From: Eledone cirrhosa
Taxonomy: Eukaryota
DNA: 64,000 nt
Direction: 5' to 3'
NCBI GenBank assembly: GCA_964016885.1
Contig: OZ024740.1
Span: forward strand, 121,954,001 to 122,018,000
Shown here: piece by piece, positions 53,584 through 64,000 of the stretch
Numbering within the stretch: the first letter of the stretch is position 1
How the letters are laid out: each line of letters opens with the position of its first letter
The notes under the pieces: model-generated
Database searches by the model: none
Told to the model about the DNA's origin: nothing
What the model saw: the letters and a program-made list of their open reading frames with translations, nothing else
Program-made: the position numbers and the translations under genes

Positions 53584-56500
53584 ATGACCCTCCCAAAGTA
53601 TAACAATATCGGTTTCCGCACACGATTTCAGATAAAGAATCTTGCGAAACAAATTCAGAAACGAAATATCGTAAGCCTTAGCCAGGCTAACAAGATACTG
53701 AAAACCACCATGTTCTGTTGTCTACGAAAACCATAACATCTCGACAACTGCACTTCATAAAAGAAAGTGCCTCGTCCTGAGTTTACACCAACACCATCAA
53801 CACCGACGTAAGAAGATTACAACTTACCAAAAAACAAGCAGATAGGCTAAAACGAACACTAATTCTAAACATAAAAAAGAAGATCTATAAAGAAATAAGT
53901 CATCAAGAAAAACATAAGCGTAACCTAATACAAGAAATAGCTAGGATCACCACACCAAGAGAGAAACTAATATTTATAAGCCTTATACGTCCTGAAGAAC
54001 AGTACATTACTCAAGAATGTGATAAGCACTTTAACAAGAAACTAAAGTGGCTTAAGCAGATAAAGCTAAATCAGGATACTATAGAGAATACCAATAGATA
54101 TCCCGACAAAATTGACGGTATAAATATGGCCGACACCTCATTAACGGATGAGTTCAACAACAACAACAACACCAATATATACGGCAACACAATAATAGAT
54201 AATTGTTTCTACTTTAGGCACAAGGCCAGCATTTACCCAGTACATTACTGGTACTTTATTTTATCGACCCCGTAAGGATGAAAGGCTAAGTCAACCTCGG
54301 CGGGATTTGAACTCAGACCGTAAAGATACGTAACTATGCTGGAAAGCATGGCGTCCGACCCTCTACCGATACTGCCAATCCAACACAATAACAGATAATG
54401 ATGAGTTATCTGTATTATGTTTGCCCCCGCGATTTGCGACATTGAAGAAGGTAAATATGATTAGTTGTCTGTCAGAAATAGAAACATCATTAACAAAACC
54501 ACGCTGGAGCCTCAAAAACAAAAGCAAAAACAAAAGCAACAATATACGCACACACATATACAACACACATCCCAACAACAACAGACACACAGACACAAAC
54601 AACAATAACAATAACACACACACCAACAACAACAACAATAATAACATACCCAGAAACAACAACAACAGACACACAGACACAAACAACAATAACAACACAC
54701 ACAACAATAATAACACACACGGAGACAACAACAACACACATCAACAACAGCACACATCAACAACAACAACACACACACATTCAATGACTCCCACCACCAC
54801 CACAATCTTAACAAACACACAGACAGAGAGAACAAGTAATGACAGTAGCACAGAAATCACAGAAATAAGGGAAAGCAATAGGATTAAAAGGAGAAGGGAG
54901 ACTAAGGACAAAGAAAATAACCAAGACGAACACACAGACACACAAAATAGGGTAGATAACAACAATGAGCCAGTGGAAAGAGACAGGAGTAATTATGAGA
55001 GACATAGAAACAACCATGAGGCTGTTGGAAATAGAAATAGAAACAACACAACTAACAATAACAATAGCACTAGTACACATAAAGCAGCAGCCTGGAACTC
55101 TACGTTTTATAATCCCTCCGATAAATCGTTCGACCTTCGACGAGTCCACGCCACGACTCTACCATTTAACAAACGCACGCAATTGCCGTCGCAGTTCGAT
55201 GAACAAACAGAAGCACAATTTAGTATAGCTCGATCCGAACTTAGAAATATTATAGAACAGTATAGCAAGAAGCATAATAGAATGGAGGCCCAGCAACTGG
55301 GAGAAAAATCTGCAAATGGCTTGCCTAAGCTCATGCAGCGCTCGCGTAATGGAGAGATAGCATGCTTTCCAACAGACAAGTCTGGCAGAATGTCGGTTGA
55401 CAGCCTGCCAAACTACATCCAGGCAATGCAACCCCACATCACTAACACAAGAGAGGTAACACCACAGGAGCATGAGGATAGAGATAAAGCCCTCAGTGAC
55501 CATATGGTGATGTGGACGAATATAATGCAGCCCAACAAAAGGACTGCCAACAACTTTCAAGCCTGGAACAATGACGTGCCGGCGTTGTATGGGCTTCGAA
55601 AAGACCATAAAACGGGCAGTGACCCTGTCGCGGGACCACCAACACGGCCAGTCTGTGCAGCTAACATTGCTAGTAACTACAGACTGTCCTACTTCCTCTC
55701 CCTGATCATACGCCCTATCATTGAAATGTCCCCAGATGTATGTGACAGTACGGAGGACTTCCTCAGCAGAATCGGCGTGAGTAACCGATCTAGGGACCTA
55801 ACAAATTGCATAATAGGTAGTATGTATGTTGTGTCCCTGTACCCATCTATTGACGTGGATTTTGCTGTGGAGAAATGCGTAGAAATGATCAGTGAGAGCA
55901 ATGTTGAGTTCCGTGGGATTGATACCAGTGAGCTGGGACTCCTACTTAAACTTACCTATAGTAATAATTACCTAGACACATATGACCTTAGCAACCTGTA
56001 CCCTACAAGAGCAGCAAGAGGCAGACCACCTACCATTACCTCAATGGCCAAGAAAACCCACATAGATAGATGGAACGTGTGGACCAGATCCATACGGACA
56101 CCCGAAAACCACGATGAACTGAAGAAAATGATTGCACATGCGGTAGGGGCCAGCATAAAACTAACCCTTAAGGAACATATGTTCAAATTTAGTGGAAAAA
56201 CATATTCCCAAGAGGAAGGAGCAGCCATTGGTTTTAGCATTGCAGGTGACATAGCTAACTTATTCATGGTATGGTGGGACAGTAGACTTAAACTTAAACT
56301 TAAAGAACAACTAGAAGACGCCTTAACCCTGATAATGTACTCCCGCTACGTTGATGATATAAAGATCGTAGTTAAGACACCCCCACTAGAGAACAGTCAG
56401 GAACTAGAGAAAAACACAATGGAAAGCATCCAGCAAATAGCAAACTCCATCCACCAGAGCATTAGAGTTACTATAGACTACCCAAGTAAACACCCCAACC

Positions 56501-57430
56501 ATCTATTACCTGTACTAGACACAGAGCTCTGGTTAGATACCATTAATAACAAAAAAACAAATCCTCCGTTCCCATTATGCCAAACCCATGACTTCCAAAC
56601 ATCTGATCCACCGAAACTCGGCCGTTTCGAACCATACCAAAATCAACATACTGATTGCGAATTTGGTACGGGTGATGAGAAACGTGTCCCGCATGTGCAA
56701 CCCCGAAGAACTAGAGAGACACATACAACACTTCATCCACCGTATGCAGTTCTCTGGCTACAATCAGAGAGATAAAATCAGAGTGTATAGAGGAGCCAGA
56801 ACTAAATGGGAAAAAATGGTAAATAATGATATAAATGGGACCTGTCCCTTGTATAGGAGCAAATTTTGGAATAGAATAGAACGAACTAGGAATAAGGCTA
56901 ATAGAATAAACTCATGGTATGATAGCAATAAATACTAGAGTGTAATGTTCATCGATACAACCCCTAGAGGTGAATTAGCTTACAAATTCAGAAGGGCCCT
57001 AAATAAACATAAACTCAAAATTAAGATAGTAGAAAGTCCAGGTACCTCCTTAAAACACTTATTAGCAAGACATACCCTTTCCAAAGACTCTCATGTATAG
57101 ATAAGAAATGTATAACCTGTAAAATAAGCCCCCATATTAACTGTAAAACTAGAAATGTAGTGTATAGCATAAGATGTACTGAAGGACAATGTAGAGACAA
57201 AAATATAGTGTACATAGGTGAGACAGCTCGTAGTGTAGGGGAATGGATAAATGAACACTGGTGAGACCTTCAAGATAGTAAAGAATCATCTATAATCTAC
57301 CAACATGCTAAAATAGAACACAAGGGTAAATTAGAGAACATAGAAATAAAAATAGAATCTACTCACAGAAAAGGCGCAATGTTTAGACAAATTACAGAGG
57401 CAATAAACAAAAGAATTACAACCAAAAGTA
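53584..57430 (+). pseudogene. PLE polyprotein RT + GIY-YIG, disrupted by a SINE, stops and frameshifts
   Basis: PTDKSGRM, LYGLRKDHK, PTRPVC, VVSLYPSI, QEEGAAIG, YSRYVDD, LPVLD, NVVYSIRC..YIGETAR; longest open part 54421-56775. Confidence 0.92.
54204..54380 (-). mobile_element. SINE inserted in the PLE ORF
   Basis: 19-bp TSD CAACACAATAAYAGATAAT at 54185-54203 and 54381-54399 (1 mismatch). Confidence 0.92.
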
Positions 57431-57675
57431 AATAGAAAATATGAGTGGAACAGCAACATCACAACTTACAATTAAGGACAAAATGAAAACACACACACAC
57501 GTAGAACAAACAACCAACCAGTAACATGTAAATAAACAAATAAATAAATGAACATAAACGCACACAGACACCCGGATGTGGCGCATGCGCAGACTGAGCA
57601 CACAACACACACACAGAAACAAAATGGCGTAGGACAGAACAAAGGAGAGGCACAGAAACAAAGAAAGGAATCCCC

Positions 57676-57720
57676 AGTCCCTGAAGAGGTCACAGAGTGT
57701 GTGACGAAAGAACTATGACT
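57676..57720 (+). ncRNA. Type I hammerhead in the PLE 3' region (slightly decayed)
   Basis: AGTCC-CTGAAGA-G-GTCAC AGAGTGT GTGAC-GAAA-GAAC-TA-TGACT. Confidence 0.75.
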
Positions 57721-57875
57721 ATATATAAACAACTATCTGGTTGTGGAACCAAGCAACCAACCAGAAATTTATAAATTTATAAATTTATTATAAATTTATT
57801 ATAATAAATTGAAGTGAAAGCAACTGGTGCGTGTGTTTCTTATTGGCAACATGACCCTCCCAAAGTATAACAATA

Positions 57876-57941
57876 TATATGTATATATATATATATATAT
57901 GTATATGTATGTGTATATATGTATGTGTGTATGTATGTGTT

Positions 57942-58004
<63 letters not shown>

Positions 58005-58007
58005 CTT

Positions 58008-58046
<39 letters not shown>

Positions 58047-58085
58047 GTATGTATATGTGTGTATGTGTATGTATGTGTTTATGTG

Positions 58086-58149
<64 letters not shown>

Positions 58150-58367
58150 TATGTGTGTGTGTATGCCTCTATATATATATATATATGTGTGTGTGTGTAT
58201 GTGTGTGTATGCATGGATGTGTGAACGGATGTATATATACGGACATATGTATATGTGTGTGTGTGTGTGCACATGTGTGTGTGTGTGTGTGTGTATGTGT
58301 GCGTGTATGTGTATATATGTATATTTAGTTATGTATCTTTATGTGTGTATATGTATGTATATGTATG

Positions 58368-58423
<56 letters not shown>

Positions 58424-59183
58424 CATGTGGAGGTATGAGTACTTATTCGTGTGTGTACGTATGTGTATATGTGTTTTTATATGTGTCTTTATATGTTTTT
58501 ATGTATGTATGTGGATGTATATGTACATGGGCGTGTGATTGATGGTGGGTGCCTATATATTCCTGCATATGCCCGTGTGTGTATGTACGTATATACGCAC
58601 ATATGTGTGTGTTGAACAAAGGACTAATTTTGGGATGGGCGTAGAAAAATTCTTCAGAAAAAAAAAATTGTTTACAAGCTTGGCAGGTGCGATTTGCCTA
58701 TGACCATCTTCGAAACAAAGGAATACTAAATGTTTTTTCCCCTGAATAAAGGAATTTTTTGAGAATGACCGGGGCAGGCCGCACTTGCTACATTTCTCCC
58801 CACCCAACCCTACTCACTGTCTCAACTCATTATTGCTATTAACATTTTTTCAACACACCTACACCCCTACACTTATTAAAGGGGGAGAAAAAAACCCCAC
58901 CACACCACATACATGTTAAATCCCTATATATAGAACAACACACCACATACACATCAGTTTGACGAGCGCACCTCAGCGTGAAAGGGCTTTCTAAAAACGA
59001 AACAATACCTCCTACGTTAACCAATAACTCCTAAGACCTAACCGACAACCAACAACTTAATTTATAAAAAAAAATTTTTAAGAAAAAAAAAATTTTTCTA
59101 ATCCGGAAAAAAATTTTTGGGGATTTTGTGAAGAAAATAAATTTGTTGAAAGCACAAGTGAAACCATTTTTTTCTTCCCCCCT
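57876..59183 (+). repeat. ~1.3-kb inverted repeat, right arm
   Basis: Reverse complement of 46777-~48060. Confidence 0.9.
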
Positions 59184-59223
59184 GTCTTAATATACCTAAC
59201 TGAACCAAGGATTACACACATTT

Positions 59224-59314
<91 letters not shown>

Positions 59315-59391
59315 ATATTTATATATATTTATATATATATATATATATTTATTATTATTATTATTATCATTATTATTGATCCCCTTTATGA

Positions 59392-59504
59392 TCTGAGTTG
59401 AAATCCCGCCGAGATTAACTTTGCCTTTCATCCTTACGAGGTCGATAAAATTAAGTACCAGTAATGTACTGGTTATTTTCTGGCCTTGTGCCTAAAATAG
59501 AAAC
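59392..59504 (+). mobile_element. 5'-truncated SINE
   Basis: GAGTTGAAATCCCGCCGAG..AACTTTGCCTTTCATCC..GGCCTTGTGCCTAAAATAGAAAC. Confidence 0.85.
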
Positions 59505-60152
59505 TAACGCGAAAAAATATCGATGATTCCTAGCAGACAACTCTTTCGCTCGTAACTTTTTATTTTCAATATACTTAAACGCAATCACACAGCCATCCGT
59601 TATATTCATATAAGTTGCCATCTCCGCAGTGACCCGTTTTTTCTCTTTATTTGTTGCTATCAAGTTTCCCCCTTCTCTCTCTTTCTTCTTCTTACTTTCG
59701 CTCATCCCCTCTGCTAGCCTGACACTATAACTATCTCTTTCTCGCTTCCCCTTACTTTCACTCACTCCCTCTCTGCTAGTCACCCTCTCTCTGCTAGCTC
59801 ACTTCCTCCCTTGTCCGCCACTGCAAGCAGTCTCTTTTTTCGTTCACACTACTTCAGTCAAGATGTGTCTGTTTTTCTCGTCACAGTTGTCAGGACTTAT
59901 GTCCGACAAAAGTTTTTTTTCCCTCTCTTTACGTTGCTTTACTTTTCGTGTTTGTTTACGCATTTTTTCTCTCGCTCTCCCCCCTTTTTATCCCAATAAC
60001 TTATTTTAGTTATTGATCGCACAAGGTTGAGAAATATTGTCTCTAAAGCGAAGAAATATCGATGATTCCTAGTAGACAACTAATGAATAATAATACCCTC
60101 TTTCGCCCGTAACTTTTTATTTTCATTATATATATGTGTTACCTTCCTACAT

Positions 60153-60159
<7 letters not shown>

Positions 60160-60195
<36 letters not shown>

Positions 60196-60206
60196 GTGTG
60201 TGTGTG

Positions 60207-60262
<56 letters not shown>

Positions 60263-60317
60263 GAGAGAGGGAGAAAGAGAGATAGTCTGTGATGCTGAGC
60301 TGGGGGTGACCAAACGC

Positions 60318-60348
<31 letters not shown>

Positions 60349-60568
60349 AATAATAATGAATTTGAAGACTAAAACCCAAAGACGGCTCGATAAGGATAAA
60401 TATATATCAAATATATAAGAACCGTTCTGTTATTTTAATAAATAAATATATATATATCTCTCTTTGGATTTTAGTCTTCAAATTTATTATTATTACTATA
60501 TATATATATATATATAAATGTATTTGGTCTCCCTCAGCTCAGCATCACAGACTCTCTCTCTTTCTCTC

Positions 60569-60660
<92 letters not shown>
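60160..60660. repeat. Nested palindrome around a mini-foldback of the 29.9-kb PLE terminus
   Basis: (GA)n-GTCTGTGATGCTGAGCTG mirrored by CAGCTCAGCATCACAGAC-(TC)n; core 60350-60495 matches 29865-29962. Confidence 0.8.
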
Positions 60661-60662
<2 letters not shown>

Positions 60663-60704
60663 AAAAAATAGAGTTGTCACACACGAGTTGTGATATATTA
60701 GAAA

Positions 60705-60870
60705 ATGGAAAAGAAAAAGCTGACAAATCATTTTTGAAAAGCATTAGAAATGCGCAACCGGTAAAAACTTAAAACTAAAACTGAATATTAACCAATACTT
60801 ATTACTAATTTATACTTATTACTAATTAAACTATGATTCACTGGGAAAGGTTTGTCACCATTTTCTTTTC
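60705..60870 (+). mobile_element. Short element with ~20-bp inverted ends and an HHR-like motif
   Basis: GAAAAGAAAAAGCTGACAAA...TTTGTCACCATTTTCTTTTC; TTT-TTGAAAA-GCATT AGA AATGC-GCAA-CCGG-TA-AAA at 60731-60766. Confidence 0.65.
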
Positions 60871-60877
60871 TTTTTTA

Positions 60878-61027
<150 letters not shown>

Positions 61028-62660
61028 TATCGAATGTAGGAAGGTAACACACGAGTTGATATATATAAAAAACAAATAGTAGAAAGGAAAAATATTTTTT
61101 TCTGTAGAAAATGTTGAAGAGTTATTTTTGGTCAAATTTCAAAGCTTTCATTTTTTTACAATACCGGTTTCAGCACTAAATGCATTTTCTATTGCGGATA
61201 TGTAGAATATTGTTAAGTTCCATATTTGTACAAATAGTGAAAAATAATGATAATAACAAAAAAAGAAATAAAAGAGAAAAAATATAGAGAGGAGAAACGT
61301 TAATTTTCACATACGTGGTCCTTCACAGAAAGAAGTTATTTTGTCTGCCCATCCTTCTCTGCTAATGGCTTTGTTGTGACTGGAGAGGGTAGAAGCAGAG
61401 TGGGATAGGAGAAGAAGAAGGAGGGGGAGGAGGTAGGGATTGTTTTTTGTGGCTGCAAACTGCTTTGTGGGACACTTTGAATAGTGGATACTGGTATTGA
61501 TTTGAAAGGCTGGGTGACCTTAGTGTTGACCGGCTGGGAGGTGAGTGCTTCTAAAAATATCCATCTTGGTATTTTTTTCTTAGAAGAAATCAATCTTGAC
61601 TTTGATTATTTTGCCACAAAGAGTATTTAGAGCTATTGAAATATAATTCTATCCATAGCAGGAATTTTAGATTTATGGTGATGGAGAACATGTTGCTACA
61701 AAGAGGGTTTCAGAGCCACTGGAATACCCATTCAGCAGAAGCTTCAGCAGAAGCTTCCAGATTCAGGGGAATGTAAATCATTTAGTTTGGCACCTGAAGG
61801 TTTCCATTTATCCGATTATCTTCGTGGAGGTCCTCCAGAACTGCTGATGTGGGTATTACTATATGGTTGCTTGGTCTGCATTTTATAGTTGTTAGAGGTT
61901 GCTGGAATATTGGAGAAGGATACATTGCTAAAGTGTTAATTTGTCTACGGTGTTGATTTTAAAGTGTGCCAGCTTTGGTTTAGTCCGAAGGGAAAGCATT
62001 TAGAAGGGGTTCGTATTTGACGTAAATTGTGATTCCTTGCTAATGCGTTGGGTGTAGGAAGCGTTGTCTTTGAATTTGTAGATGGGAAATATTCTAAAAT
62101 TGAGTTGTTCATTAGATTCGCAGGTCACGGTGTGTTCATTTAGTGCTATCTTTCTTTATTCCCGTATTTTGAGTTTTGATCATATGTGCATCAGAAAACT
62201 TGATCTATGTGTTAACCTGATCGGGTTGTCGATAGCACTATAGAGGACTGACCAAAACAGCCTCTGACAACGTATGACCGTCCATAGATTCCAAATCGAG
62301 AAAAAATACCAAAATAGATATTTTCAGCAGCCCCCCGGTCAACTCTAAGGTCACCCTGCCTTTAAACCAATCCCAGCCAAACCTTGTATCCACTATTTAA
62401 AGGGTCCGACAGAGCAGCTGCAGCTACAACAACCATCCCTTACTTCCTCCCCTCCTTATTCCTCACCTCTCCCATCCTGCATAGTCACAACAAAGACATT
62501 AGCAGAGAAGGATGTACAGACAAAATGACTTCCTTCTCTGAAGGACTACGTATGTAAAAATTAACTTTTCTTCCCCTCTTTATATATTTTTCTATTTTTT
62601 TGTTATCATTATTTTTCAGTATTTGTATAAATATGCAATTTAAAAATATTCTGCATATCC

Positions 62661-62698
62661 GCAATTGAAAATGCATTTAATGCTGAAACCGGTATTGT
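62661..62698 (+). ncRNA. Minimal type I hammerhead, U3-A8 variant
   Basis: GCAA-TTGAAAA-T GCAT TTA ATGC T-GAAA-CCGG-TA-TTGT; decayed homologues near 61158-61196 (-) and 63056-63093 (-). Confidence 0.8.
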
Positions 62699-62797
62699 AG
62701 AAATATGAATGCTTTGAAATTTGACCAAAAATATCTCTTCAACAATTTCTACAGAAAAAAATATTTTTCCTTTCTACTACTTGTTTTTTACACACAC

Positions 62798-62920
<123 letters not shown>

Positions 62921-63847
62921 ATGTTGAAAAGTAAAGTAGAAAAGTAACACACGAGGTGATATATATATAAACAAATAGTAGAAAGGAAAACATACTTTCA
63001 GTAGAAAATGTTGAAGAGATTTACTTCAGTGAAATACTAAAACATTAATCTATTTACAATACCTGTTTTTGCATTAAATGCAATGTCAGTTGCGGATATG
63101 CAGAATATTGTTATGTTGCATATTTTTACAAATAGTGATAATAGTTATAATAATGATGAAGGCAATGAAAATAAAATAAAAAAAGGGGAAGAAAAAAATT
63201 AATTCTCAGATACATGCTCCTTCAGAAACGTCATTCGTCTGTGTCCGTCCGACTGTGCTTCTAGCTTGGTTGTGACAGGTAGAATGAGAGGGTAGAGGGG
63301 TGAGGTAGAGGAGGAGAGGAAGGCTGTTGTTTGTAGCCCCTTGAGGAGTGGATACAAGTTCCAGCTGGGATTGGTTTGAAATGCCAGGTGACTTTAGAGT
63401 TGACCGTGTGTGTGGGGGGGGGGGGAGTGCTTCTGAAAATATCTATCTTGGCATTGTTTCTTAGAAGAAATCATCAACATTGACCTTGTTTTTTGCCACA
63501 AAGAAGATTCAGAGTTATTGAACTACTAATTCCATCCATAGTAGGAATTTAAGATTTAGGAGAATAGAGAAAATTCTGTCACAAAAAGGGGTTCAGAGCC
63601 ATTGGAATGCCCATTCTGTCTACACCAGAAACTTCCAGATTCAGAGGGATGTAAAGCATTTAGTTTGACACCTGAATGCTTCCATTTATCCGATTATGTT
63701 CGTGGAACTGCTCCGGGGCTAGCTGACTTGGATGTTTCTATGTGGTTGCTCGGTCTGCATTTTATAGTTGTCAGATGTTGCTGGTAGGATACATTGCTAA
63801 AGGGTTATTTTGTCTAGGGAGTTAATTATAAAGTGCTCCAACTTCAG

Positions 63848-64000
63848 TTAGTCCGAAGCGGAAGCATTTAGAAGGGGTTCGTATCTGGCGATAAATTGTG
63901 ATTCCTTACTAATGCGCTGGATGTAGGAAGCGTTGTCTTTAAATTTGTAGATGGGAAAAATTCTAAAATGTGCTTTTACATTAGAAGCGCAGGTAGCGAT
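63848..64000 (-). CDS. C-terminus of a PLE GIY-YIG ORF entering from the window edge
   Basis: IATCASNVKAHFRIFPIYKFKDNASYIQRISKESQFIARYEPLLNASASD*, compare FTIFPFFK..KEEFFIEKFKPPLN at 50.9 kb. Confidence 0.75.
   Translation of the reverse strand: MATCASNVKAHFRIFPIYKFKDNASYIQRISKESQFIARYEPLLNASASD

Noticed and set aside
57255-57270. In-frame TGA in the PLE GIY-YIG region as selenocysteine
   Set aside because: Not at a conserved Cys position, the ORF has other stops and frameshifts, and the domain order (C-terminal endonuclease) is not that of the selenoprotein-type Naiad PLEs

Overview
AT-rich, microsatellite-laden eukaryotic DNA with no supportable host gene. The recurrent ~185-bp tRNA-like SINE and the (TA)n/(CA)n load suggest an octopod cephalopod (inference). 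The window is dominated by Penelope-like elements (PLEs; RT + C-terminal GIY-YIG) of several families, nearly all bounded by (TA)n and most with inverted (foldback) ends. There are also decayed RTE, R4/Dong-like and CRE-like LINEs, about 8 SINE copies and a 1.5-kb TIR element. Read as RNA, the sequence shows many type I hammerhead ribozyme (HHR) motifs from about 8 unrelated families, several with non-canonical cores (U3-A8, U17). The most interesting item is an apparently non-coding 467-bp HHR unit present as a tandem dimer plus an inverted dimer (51226-53091). A diverged 424-bp relative at 36046-36499 keeps the same set of helices through compensatory changes and is one unit plus a 30-bp terminal redundancy. 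Together they look like a retrozyme/viroid-like circular-RNA family parasitising the PLEs. Structures were folded by eye; boundaries of decayed elements are approximate.
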